Below are positions 36,493 through 45,179 of a stretch of 64,000 nucleotides of DNA, piece after piece (positions within the stretch are counted from its first letter, which is position 1; each line of letters starts with the position of its first letter). Below the pieces are notes generated by a model. That model did no database searches. It was given only the letters and a program-made list of their open reading frames with translations, and was not told the DNA's origin. Source of the stretch: Eubacteriales bacterium (GTDB lineage: Bacteria > Bacillota > Clostridia > Oscillospirales > CAG-272); contig JAZNXE010000026.1 of NCBI GenBank assembly GCA_045593725.1, forward strand, positions 20,646-84,645. Reading direction: 5' to 3'. The position numbers and the translations under genes were made by a program.

Positions 36493-37842
36493 TTATACCG
36501 TTTCGGTTATGGCTCTGCCCATAAGGTCGTAATCCAGCACCTCACGCACCTTGACCTTCACGAAGGAGCCGGGGGCAATTCGCTTCTCTGCCCTGAAATA
36601 AACCTTTCCGTCTATCTCGGGAGCATCTGCGGGACTTCTTCCAAAATGCACCGAACTTACGGGGTCGTAGTCCTCGCATAGCACGGTTACGGTCTTTCCA
36701 ACCATTCTTTCGTTGTTTGCGGTATTGATATCCAACTGCTCACGCATAATTATATCGGCTCTGTCCTGCTTGACCTGCTCGTCTATCTGGTCCTCCATAT
36801 CGTATGCGGGAGTTCCCTCCTCTCTGGAATAGGGGAAAACACCCATATGCTCAAACTTAGCTTCCTTTACAAACTCGCAAAGCTCAAGGAAATCCTCCTC
36901 GCTCTCCCCCGGGAAGCCCACGATAAAGGTGGTACGTATAACGATGTCGGGTATCTCTTTGCGAAGCTTCTTTATAACCCCGCGAACCATTGCGCTGTCC
37001 CCGTGGCGGTTCATCGCTCTGAGCATATTATCGCTGATATGCTGTATGGGCAGGTCGATATACTTAAGTATTCTGGGGTTATCTCTTATCTCTGCCACAA
37101 GCTCGTCGGTTATCTTATCGGGATAGCAATAGAGCAGTCTTATCCAGGGTATCTCGGTCGCCTCGGTTATTCTGCGAAGCAGCTGGGCAAGTCTGTACTC
37201 ACCGTAAAGGTCAAGCCCGTATCTCGTGATATCCTGAGCCACTATATTAAGCTCCCTGACGCCAAGAGCCTCAAGCTCCTTAGCCTCCTTTACGATATCC
37301 TCCATAGTACGGCTGCGGAATTTTCCTCTGATAGAGGGTATAGCGCAATAGGCGCAACGGTTGTCACAGCCCTCGGCTATTTTGAGATACGCCGTATATT
37401 CGGGAGTAGTAAGTATTCTATCGCCCCCAAGACGCACACAATCCTTGTCCTCAAAGGACGTATATTTTCTGTGAGAGCCCTTCTTTTTCTTTACCGTAAC
37501 AGCCTCAACAGCCTCAACTATGTTATGTATGCTGCCTACGCCAAGGACCGCGTCCACCTCGGGCATCTCCTCGAGTATGCTCTCGCGGTATCTCTCCGCA
37601 AGACATCCCGTAACGATTATAGCCTTCAAGGAACGATTTTTCTTCAGCCACGCAATATCAAGTATATTCTCTATTGCTTCCTTCTTAGCGCTCTCTATAA
37701 ATCCGCAGGTGTTGATTATAACAACGTCTGCCTCGATCTCATCGGGAGTTATCTCATATCCCGCACTTGCCACCTCGTGAAGCATCACCTCGGTATCAAG
37801 CTGATTTTTTGGACATCCCAGAGAAACGAATCCAACCTTCAT
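36493..37842 (-). CDS. rimO: Ribosomal protein S12 methylthiotransferase RimO
   Basis: It starts MKVGFVSLGCPKNQLDTE and has a radical-SAM motif (CDNRCAYC) and a C-terminal TRAM domain. The start is at 37842. Confidence 0.88.
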   Translation of the reverse strand: MKVGFVSLGCPKNQLDTEVMLHEVASAGYEITPDEIEADVVIINTCGFIESAKKEAIENILDIAWLKKNRSLKAIIVTGCLAERYRESILEEMPEVDAVLGVGSIHNIVEAVEAVTVKKKKGSHRKYTSFEDKDCVRLGGDRILTTPEYTAYLKIAEGCDNRCAYCAIPSIRGKFRSRTMEDIVKEAKELEALGVRELNIVAQDITRYGLDLYGEYRLAQLLRRITEATEIPWIRLLYCYPDKITDELVAEIRDNPRILKYIDLPIQHISDNMLRAMNRHGDSAMVRGVIKKLRKEIPDIVIRTTFIVGFPGESEEDFLELCEFVKEAKFEHMGVFPYSREEGTPAYDMEDQIDEQVKQDRADIIMREQLDINTANNERMVGKTVTVLCEDYDPVSSVHFGRSPADAPEIDGKVYFRAEKRIAPGSFVKVKVREVLDYDLMGRAITETV

Positions 37843-37884
37843 GTGTTTTCCTTTCACACAAGCCTATGAAAAACAGGGCTTGTA

Positions 37885-38535
37885 TTATGTTTCAAAGTAA
37901 TTTAAAAGCTCCTTCGGAGTATCAACAATGACCTCGGGAGAAGCGGCCTGAAGAGCAACTCTGTCACGGAAGCCCCAAGAAACGCATACCGAATGCATAC
38001 CCGCATTTTTAGCGGTAAGAGCGTCCACCTCGCTGTCGCCTACAAAATAGGCGTTACTTACCTTACAGCCTATCTGCTCAGCTATCATAAGCGGAACGGT
38101 GGGGTCTGGCTTTCGTGGAAGCTCGGTTTGCCCCATAGCTACTTCCATAACTCCCTCGGGGAAAAGCTTTTGGATTATTCCCTTTACTAACGGATCGGGC
38201 TTATTTGAAAGCACCGCCAACCTGTATCCCCTACGGTAAAGCTCCATTACCACGTCGTAAAGCCCCTCATAGCAGCCCTCAATTTTATCGTGGGTAAGTC
38301 GATAGCAGGATTGGAAATAAGTAAGTATCTCCTCAAATCTTTCATCCTCCACGCTTTCGGGCAGAGAATGCTTTATGAGATAACGCACACCGTTTCCAAC
38401 ATTCTTTCTTACCTCTGCATAACCTAACCTCGGATACCCAAAATGCTCCATACACATATTCACAGCATCCCGTATAGTGTGCAGGGTATCGGCAAGTGTA
38501 CCGTCAAGGTCAAATATCAAAAGCTTGACTTCCAT
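37885..38535 (-). CDS. HAD-family hydrolase (phosphoglycolate-phosphatase-like)
   Basis: It contains FDLDGTLADT and ...VGDSEVD. The start at MEVKLLIF (38535) sits behind AAGGAG. The ORF-track extension is AT-rich promoter sequence. Confidence 0.8.
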   Translation of the reverse strand: MEVKLLIFDLDGTLADTLHTIRDAVNMCMEHFGYPRLGYAEVRKNVGNGVRYLIKHSLPESVEDERFEEILTYFQSCYRLTHDKIEGCYEGLYDVVMELYRRGYRLAVLSNKPDPLVKGIIQKLFPEGVMEVAMGQTELPRKPDPTVPLMIAEQIGCKVSNAYFVGDSEVDALTAKNAGMHSVCVSWGFRDRVALQAASPEVIVDTPKELLNYFET

Positions 38536-38777
38536 AACAGCTCCTTGGCTCATCATTTTTATCCATTGTATATTATAACACAATTCGACTTTTATGTCAA
38601 TGCATACTTTAACACTAAGAACAAGTAACCAAAAAGATATTTTGTTGTAAATTTGCACAACAACTTTCCCCCAGGGATGTCAAAAATCGTCATTTCATAC
38701 CTTTTATATATTGACAAAATGTGATATAATATTAAATTGTGATATTGGATTTTTACAACATAAAGGAGATAAGTTCT

Positions 38778-40616
38778 GTGATTCGTAACGATTTAAGAAA
38801 TATTGCTATAATCGCCCACGTTGACCACGGCAAGACCACTCTTGTTGACGAGATGCTCAAGCAAGGCGGTATATACCGTGAAAATCAGGAAACAGTTACC
38901 CGTGTAATGGACTCGGGCGACCTTGAAAAGGAGAGAGGTATCACCATTCTCGCCAAGAACACCGCCGTTCACTATAAGGATATAAAGATAAATCTTATCG
39001 ACACCCCAGGTCACGCCGATTTTGGAGGTGAGGTAGAGCGTATCCTTAAGATGGTTAACGGAGTTATCCTTCTGGTAGATGCGGCGGAGGGTCCTATGCC
39101 CCAGACCCGCTTCGTTCTTCAGCGAGCGCTGGAGCTTAATCACAGAGTTATCATAGTTATAAACAAGATAGACAAGCCCGACGCCCGCCTTGGCGAGGTG
39201 GAGGACGAAATACTTGAGCTTCTTATAGACCTTAACGCCTCCGACGAGCAGCTGGACAGCCCTATGCTCTACTGCTCGGGCAGAGCGGGTACGGCTACTG
39301 AAAATGCCGACGAAGCCGGAAAAGACCTTGTTCCTCTTTTTGAGAAGATAATCAATTACATCCCCGCTCCCGAGGGAGATGAAAACGGTGAGCTTCAGCT
39401 CCTCGTATCCTCTATCGACTACAACGAGTACGTGGGAAGAATAGGTATCGGACGTATCGAGCGCGGCTCTATACGCACAAATCAGGAGGCGTACATCTGT
39501 AATTACCACACAGGCGGAACACCCAAAAGAACTAAAATAGTAGCACTCTTTCAAATAGACGGTCTTGTAAGAGTTCCCGTGGAAAACGCAAAAATGGGTG
39601 ACATCGTCTGCTTCTCGGGCGCGGAAAACATCACTATCGGTGACACTATAACAAGCCTGAGCGCTCCCGAGCCTCTTGAATTTGTAAAGGTCAGTGAGCC
39701 AACCCTTGAAATGACCTTTGCCGTCAACGACAGCCCCTTTGCGGGTAAGGAGGGTAAATTCGTTACCTCCCGCCAGCTCCGCGACAGACTTTATAAGGAG
39801 CTGCTTAAGGACGTTTCTCTCAGAGTTGAGGACGGAGATACCACCGACGAATTTAAGGTTGCGGGACGTGGCGAGATGCACCTCTCTATACTCATTGAAA
39901 CTATGCGTCGAGAGGGCTATGAAATGACCTGCTCCAACCCCCGTGTACTCTACAAGGAGATAGACGGCGTTAAGTGTGAGCCTATGGAGCGTGTAACCCT
40001 TGACGTTCCTTCAGAGTACGTAGGCGCAGTAGTTGAAAAGCTCGGTCAGCGCAAGGGCGACCTTCTTGAGATGAACCCCATTGGAAGTCGTATGAGAATA
40101 GAATATTCTATTCCCTCCAGATGCCTTTTCGGTTACCGCTCGGAATTCCTTACCGCTACTCACGGCGAGGGTATAATGAATACTCTCTTTGACGGATATC
40201 AGCCTTACAGAGGAGAGGTAGTAATGAGATTTACAGGCTCTCTGGTTGCCTCCGAAACGGGAGAGACCACACGCTACGGCCTGTATAACACTCAGGACAG
40301 AGGAAATCTTTTCGTAGGTCCTCAGACTCCCGTTTACGAGGGAATGATAGTGGGTGAGAACCCCAAAAACGACGATATCGCGGTGAACCCCTGCAAGAAA
40401 AAGCAGCTTACCGCTATCCGCTCGGCGGGAGCGGACGAAAAGCTTCTCCTTACTCCCCCCATCATTTTCTCCCTTGAGGAAGCTATCGAATTTATAACCG
40501 ATGACGAGCTTATCGAGGTAACCCCAAAATCCATACGCCTTCGCAAGAAGATACTCAACACCGAGGAGCGTATGAAGGCAATGATGAAAAAGCGCCGCGA
40601 GTTGGCGAAGAACTGA
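38778..40616 (+). CDS. typA: Translational GTPase TypA/BipA
   Basis: It has a GTG start behind AAGGAG and begins IRNDLRNIAIIAHVDHGKTTLVD. It has an EF-G-like domain order and is 612 aa long. Confidence 0.93.
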   Translation: MIRNDLRNIAIIAHVDHGKTTLVDEMLKQGGIYRENQETVTRVMDSGDLEKERGITILAKNTAVHYKDIKINLIDTPGHADFGGEVERILKMVNGVILLVDAAEGPMPQTRFVLQRALELNHRVIIVINKIDKPDARLGEVEDEILELLIDLNASDEQLDSPMLYCSGRAGTATENADEAGKDLVPLFEKIINYIPAPEGDENGELQLLVSSIDYNEYVGRIGIGRIERGSIRTNQEAYICNYHTGGTPKRTKIVALFQIDGLVRVPVENAKMGDIVCFSGAENITIGDTITSLSAPEPLEFVKVSEPTLEMTFAVNDSPFAGKEGKFVTSRQLRDRLYKELLKDVSLRVEDGDTTDEFKVAGRGEMHLSILIETMRREGYEMTCSNPRVLYKEIDGVKCEPMERVTLDVPSEYVGAVVEKLGQRKGDLLEMNPIGSRMRIEYSIPSRCLFGYRSEFLTATHGEGIMNTLFDGYQPYRGEVVMRFTGSLVASETGETTRYGLYNTQDRGNLFVGPQTPVYEGMIVGENPKNDDIAVNPCKKKQLTAIRSAGADEKLLLTPPIIFSLEEAIEFITDDELIEVTPKSIRLRKKILNTEERMKAMMKKRRELAKN

Positions 40617-40651
40617 TAACAAAAAACAGCTTGTTTTCACAAGCTGTTTTT

Positions 40652-41077
40652 TTACGGTGCAAGATATGTCAGGGGAAATACGGGAATATTCCGCAATATC
40701 CAAAAAAAAAGCACGAATATAAGTATTCCCAAGCCTATGCCCCACCTCACCTTGAAAAACGGGAGCACGTCCTTCCCGAAAACGTAAGCTATATAAAGCT
40801 TCAGCAAATAATAGACAGCGAAGGGCAAAAGCAATACGAAGAATAAATTGTAGCTGAGTGCTGAAAGTATATCTCCGTGCAGCAGTGCCACACAAGCGCG
40901 CCCCGCGCCGCACCCCGGACAATATATGCCGCTTATCTTATAAAACATACAGGGCATTCCCTCTTTAAAATAATAAAGACAAAATGCTACAAAAGCCACG
41001 AGCAAGGGTGCCGTTATTCCTACGGCTATTCTCCACCCTTTTCTTTTAAAATCCATCTTCATTTTCCTTAACGTCAA
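40652..41077 (-). CDS. DUF2752-type membrane protein
   Basis: It contains CMFYKISGIYCPGCGAGRACVALLHGD, the CPGCG signature I associate with DUF2752. It has four TM helices. Confidence 0.7.
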   Translation of the reverse strand: MTLRKMKMDFKRKGWRIAVGITAPLLVAFVAFCLYYFKEGMPCMFYKISGIYCPGCGAGRACVALLHGDILSALSYNLFFVLLLPFAVYYLLKLYIAYVFGKDVLPFFKVRWGIGLGILIFVLFFWILRNIPVFPLTYLAP

Positions 41078-41117
41078 AGTCTAAGACCGACCGCAAATGC
41101 GGTCGGTCATTCTCTCT

Positions 41118-41507
41118 TTAATAGTAATATGTAGGCACAGATGCCGCCATTCCGAAAGCAAGAATTATCATAAAGATATAGAATACTACCAAGAACAGCA
41201 CCAATACCGCCGCGCATATAGTTCCAACGATATTTGCTATCTTCGCTATCTTATTGTATCTCGCAGACTTCTCATCTGTCTCTCCCTTCGCAAGCAAGGT
41301 AAAGATAAGTGCGATAACGCCCGCCGCAACCTGAGAGCAGAGCACCAAATTTATCAGCGACCAAACGAGCATTCCTATATTAAGGTCCTTCTTATTGGAC
41401 GGGGCAACCGTTTCTATCTTAACTTCCTCAACTGCAGGAGCACCGCATCCCGTACAAACGGTCTGGTCAACTCCGAGTTCTTTTCCGCAATTTCTGCAAA
41501 AAGCCAT
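41118..41507 (-). CDS. Zinc-ribbon plus CD225/dispanin-family membrane protein
   Basis: MAFCRNCGKEL...CTGCG forms a zinc ribbon, followed by a two-TM CD225-like core (LVWSLINLVLCSQVAAGVIALIFTLLAKGE). The start at 41507 sits behind AAGGAG. Confidence 0.7.
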   Translation of the reverse strand: MAFCRNCGKELGVDQTVCTGCGAPAVEEVKIETVAPSNKKDLNIGMLVWSLINLVLCSQVAAGVIALIFTLLAKGETDEKSARYNKIAKIANIVGTICAAVLVLFLVVFYIFMIILAFGMAASVPTYYY

Positions 41508-41587
41508 TATAATATCTCCTTTCAAGTCAAACTTACAGTTTTCCTATGAAATTATGATATCATATTTCAGAGGATTTGTCAATAGCT

Positions 41588-42082
41588 TTATCTCTGGGGC
41601 TTGTCAAAGCCGTGTATAAATCCCTTTACGTCTGCCGAGCATATATCTCCGCCTATTACCTTGTTTCTATAAACAATAATATTGGCATATACCTTACCCT
41701 CCTCGCCCTCGTAGTTGCTTATCTCGTAGGTGTATCGGGTAACGTTTTTATTTTTATATTTAGAGAGGTCGAGTCCCTGACGCTTCTGTATCTCGTTGTA
41801 GCCCGTAAATATCTTGTCAAACTCCTTAGGAATAGTTATATCTGCCGTTTCAACAGGGTCGCCGCTTACCTTCCAGCCAAACTGAGCAAGAAAATCAATC
41901 CTGTCCTGATTGGTCTTTATTTTGTCATAGCTTATCTCCTTTTCGCTTCCCGTCGTTATGTAGCTCAGCTCCCCTCCGTCATACCCCGGAATAAAGGCTA
42001 TCATAGCTATAAGCGCCGTCAGCGCCACGCATACGACGGCAAAAAATTTCAACGTGCTGGCGCGAAGTGAATATACAAACAT
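41588..42082 (-). CDS. DUF4830-type protein (N-terminal TM anchor)
   Basis: The segment RIDFLAQFGWKVSGDPVETADITIPKEFDKIFTGYNEIQKRQGLDLSKYK matches my memory of DUF4830. The start at 42082 sits behind GGAGGA. Confidence 0.6.
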   Translation of the reverse strand: MFVYSLRASTLKFFAVVCVALTALIAMIAFIPGYDGGELSYITTGSEKEISYDKIKTNQDRIDFLAQFGWKVSGDPVETADITIPKEFDKIFTGYNEIQKRQGLDLSKYKNKNVTRYTYEISNYEGEEGKVYANIIVYRNKVIGGDICSADVKGFIHGFDKPQR

Positions 42083-42184
42083 GGTGATTCCTCCAAAATT
42101 GATTTCTACCACATTTATATGTATCCTCACCCCGCTTTATGAAATTTTTTATTCTTTTGAATAAGAATAAATCTTTATGAGGGA

Positions 42185-42213
42185 TTGACATAAAAAGCTT
42201 TGGATGATATAAT
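42185..42213 (+). promoter_or_regulatory. Consensus promoter of alaS (TTGACA-17-TATAAT)
   Basis: It reads TTGACAtaaaaagctttggatgaTATAAT. The leader is only about 35 nt. Confidence 0.65.
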
Positions 42214-42253
42214 AAAGTGATATATTATTTTGAGAAAGGCAAGGCTTTTTAAT

Positions 42254-44884
42254 ATGAAATGGACGTCACTTAACGACCTTCGGGAAAAGTATCTTTCATT
42301 TTTTGAATCAAAGGGACACTTAAGACTCCCCTCTTTCCCCTTGGTACCTATAAATGACAAATCTCTTCTTCTTATAAACTCGGGTATGGCACCTATGAAG
42401 AAATACTTCACAGGAGAGGAAATACCTCCCCGCAACAGAGTTACCACCTGCCAGAAGTGCATCCGTACCCCCGACCTTGAGCGCGTGGGACCCACAGCAA
42501 GACCCGGCACGTTCTTTGAGATGCTTGGAAACTTCTCTTTCGGTGATTACTTTAAGGACGAGGCTATTCCGTGGGCTTGGGAGTTCCTTACCCAGTGGTT
42601 GGAAATACCCGCGGACCTTCTCTGGCCCTCTATATACGAGAACGACGAGGAGGCATACGTTATCTGGCGCGACAAGATAGGCGTTCCCGAGGAGCATATC
42701 GTTCGTCTTGGCAAGGCTGATAACTTCTGGGAGCACGGCTCAGGTCCCTGCGGTCCCTGCTCCGAGATTTACTTCGACAGAGGTATAAAGTACGGCTGCG
42801 GCTCTCCCGACTGTAAGCCCGGATGCGACTGCGACAGATTTATGGAGATATGGAACAACGTATTCTCCCAGTTCAATAACGACGGCAACGGAAACTACAC
42901 CGAGCTTGCTCAGAAGAACATAGATACGGGTATGGGCCTTGAGCGTCTTGCTTGCGTAATGCAGGGCGTTGACAATATGTTCGAGGTAGATACCATACGC
43001 AAGGTAATAGACAAGGTTTGCGAGATTTCGGGCAAGACCTACGGCAATGACGCCGACAACGACATTTCAATCCGTGTTATCACCGACCACTCCAGAAGCG
43101 CTATGTTTATGATATCCGACGGAGTTATCCCCTCCAACGAGGGTCGCGGATACGTGCTCCGAAGAATTATCCGCCGCGCTTGCCGCCACGGAAAGCTGCT
43201 GGGTATCGACCATCCCTTCCTTGTAGAAACCGTAACCACCTCTATTGAGGAGAGCAAGGGCGCATATCCCGAGCTTGACGAAAAGAGAGATTATATCCTC
43301 AAGGTCATCTCTATGGAGGAGGATCGCTTCGACGCGACTATCGACGCGGGTCTTTCAATTCTCTCCGACCTTATCCGCGGCGCGCTGGCTGACAACGCTG
43401 ACGTAATTTCGGGCGAGGAGGTATTCAAGCTTTACGATACCTTTGGATTCCCCATAGACCTCACCCGTGAGATAGCGGCTGAGAGTCACCTCAATATTGA
43501 CGAGGACACCTTTGCTTCTCTTATGACCGCGCAGAAGAAGCGCGCAAGAGAGGCAAGAGCAAATATCGGCGGTTGGGACGAGTCCTCAAAATCCCTCCTT
43601 TCAGACCTTCCTAAGACCGAGTTTACGGGATATACCGACTACAAGAGCGAGGCAAAGGTTATTGCTATACTTACCGACGCGGGAAGCGTGGACGAGATAA
43701 ACGAGGGCGACTGCTCCATAGTTCTTGACCGTACCCCCTTCTACGGAGAGGGCGGCGGACAGATAGGCGACACGGGTACTATCTACAACGACGGATTTAT
43801 TGCTAGGGTCTATGACACAAAGAAGACCGACGGAGTATATATACACATCTGTACCGTAGCTAACGGCTCGGTAAAGGTGGGCGACACCGTAAGCGCAGAT
43901 ATAGAGGATGCAAGACGTATGGCTATCTGCCGCAATCACTCTGCGGCTCACCTGCTTCAGGCGGCTCTCCGCAGCGTTCTGGGCAGCCACGTTGAGCAGG
44001 CAGGCTCTTACGTCAGCGAGGACGTATGCCGCTTTGACTTCACGCACTTTGCGGCACTCACATCCGATGAGATAGCAAGAGTTGAAACTCTTGTTAACGC
44101 AAATATCCTTGTTGCCAACGACATAGTTACTATGGAAACAGATATAGAAACCGCAAAGAAGCACGGAGCTATGGCGCTCTTTGGAGAGAAGTACGGCAAT
44201 ACCGTCCGTATGGTCAAGATGGGCAGCTTCTCCACCGAGCTTTGCGGAGGAACTCACTGTAAAAACACGGGCAATATCGGTCTGTTCAAGATAGTATCCG
44301 AGAGCAGTGTGGCCGCAGGCGTGCGCCGTATCGAGGCTGTAACAGGAACGGGAGTTCTCAAGCTTATCGCTGATAAGGATGCGCTTATCGCGGACACTGC
44401 CGCAGAGCTTAAGGCGCAGAATCCTATGGACATCGCAAAAAGAGCCGCTCAGCTCCAGACCGAGCTCCACACGGCAAAGAGAGATATAGACGCGCTCAAC
44501 TCTAAGCTGGCTTCCTCGAAGCTTGGTGATATTCTGGCATCGGCAAAGGCGATAGGCTCTGTAAGGCTCATAGCAAGTAAGCTCTCCGATATGGCAATAG
44601 ACGCGGCAAGAACACTTGCTGACGATATAAAGGCTAATAACCCCGACGCGGTAGCAATTCTCGCGGTTGCAAACGCTGACAAGCTCAACTTTATCGCGGT
44701 TGCGGGTAAGGATGCCGTAAGCGCAGGCGCGCACGCAGGAAAGCTTGTTGGAGCGGTAGCAGCAGCCACAGGCGGAAAGGGCGGCGGACGTCCCGACAGC
44801 GCAATGGCAGGCGGTAAGGATGCGTCAAAGATAGACGAGGCACTTGCTCTTGCAGAAGGCACTCTTGCTTCTATGCTTAAGTAA
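42254..44884 (+). CDS. alaS: Alanine--tRNA ligase
   Basis: It starts MKWTSLNDLREKYLSFFESKGH and has an editing-domain HxxxH (HSAAHLL) and a C-terminal DHHA1 domain. It is 876 aa long. Confidence 0.95.
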   Translation: MKWTSLNDLREKYLSFFESKGHLRLPSFPLVPINDKSLLLINSGMAPMKKYFTGEEIPPRNRVTTCQKCIRTPDLERVGPTARPGTFFEMLGNFSFGDYFKDEAIPWAWEFLTQWLEIPADLLWPSIYENDEEAYVIWRDKIGVPEEHIVRLGKADNFWEHGSGPCGPCSEIYFDRGIKYGCGSPDCKPGCDCDRFMEIWNNVFSQFNNDGNGNYTELAQKNIDTGMGLERLACVMQGVDNMFEVDTIRKVIDKVCEISGKTYGNDADNDISIRVITDHSRSAMFMISDGVIPSNEGRGYVLRRIIRRACRHGKLLGIDHPFLVETVTTSIEESKGAYPELDEKRDYILKVISMEEDRFDATIDAGLSILSDLIRGALADNADVISGEEVFKLYDTFGFPIDLTREIAAESHLNIDEDTFASLMTAQKKRAREARANIGGWDESSKSLLSDLPKTEFTGYTDYKSEAKVIAILTDAGSVDEINEGDCSIVLDRTPFYGEGGGQIGDTGTIYNDGFIARVYDTKKTDGVYIHICTVANGSVKVGDTVSADIEDARRMAICRNHSAAHLLQAALRSVLGSHVEQAGSYVSEDVCRFDFTHFAALTSDEIARVETLVNANILVANDIVTMETDIETAKKHGAMALFGEKYGNTVRMVKMGSFSTELCGGTHCKNTGNIGLFKIVSESSVAAGVRRIEAVTGTGVLKLIADKDALIADTAAELKAQNPMDIAKRAAQLQTELHTAKRDIDALNSKLASSKLGDILASAKAIGSVRLIASKLSDMAIDAARTLADDIKANNPDAVAILAVANADKLNFIAVAGKDAVSAGAHAGKLVGAVAAATGGKGGGRPDSAMAGGKDASKIDEALALAEGTLASMLK

Positions 44885-44898
44885 AAATAAACGCGCTA

Positions 44899-44934
44899 AG
44901 CGCGGTCACAAACGTGACCGCGCTTTTGTTATTT
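44899..44934 (+). terminator. Intrinsic terminator of alaS
   Basis: AGCGCGGTCAC-aaac-GTGACCGCGCT followed by TTTGTTATTT. Confidence 0.8.
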
Positions 44935-44943
44935 AAAAAGTAC

Positions 44944-44971
44944 TTTACAACTCCAAAAAAGTGTGATATAA
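44944..44971 (+). promoter_or_regulatory. Promoter of the LRR-protein gene (TTTACA-16-TGaTATAAT, extended -10)
   Basis: It reads TTTACAactccaaaaaagtgTGaTATAAT. The predicted TSS at about 44978 coincides with the base of the leader hairpin. Confidence 0.6.
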
Positions 44972-44977
44972 TTGGGT

Positions 44978-45105
44978 TGCAACATAAATCTAATATTTTA
45001 TCTAATAATAAAGGTGTGTATTTTTATTTTGGTAAAAATGCAGACTCCCTTTTTGACGCACCTTTATTAGATAAAACGTACGCTAAAAAGTAGATTTATG
45101 TTGCA
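44978..45105 (+). promoter_or_regulatory. 128-nt leader hairpin (a 15-bp perfect outer stem, an inner stem of about 20 bp with G-U pairs, and a 38-nt loop)
   Basis: The outer stem pairs TGCAACATAAATCTA (44978-44992) with TAGATTTATGTTGCA (45091-45105). The inner stem pairs 44996-45018 with 45057-45076, with a 3-nt bulge and one U-G pair that is compatible only with plus-strand RNA. Confidence 0.6.
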
Positions 45106-45128
45106 GTAAACGGAGCTATGCATTTTTC

Positions 45129-45160
45129 ATGCGCAGCTTCGTGCTGCGCATTTTTTATTT
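45129..45160 (+). terminator. Leader (attenuator-type) intrinsic terminator 20 nt upstream of the LRR gene start
   Basis: ATGCGCAGC-ttcgt-GCTGCGCAT followed by TTTTTATTT. The AGGAGGA RBS at 45167-45173 comes next. Confidence 0.7.
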
Positions 45161-45179
45161 ATCATCAGGAGGACAGAAA

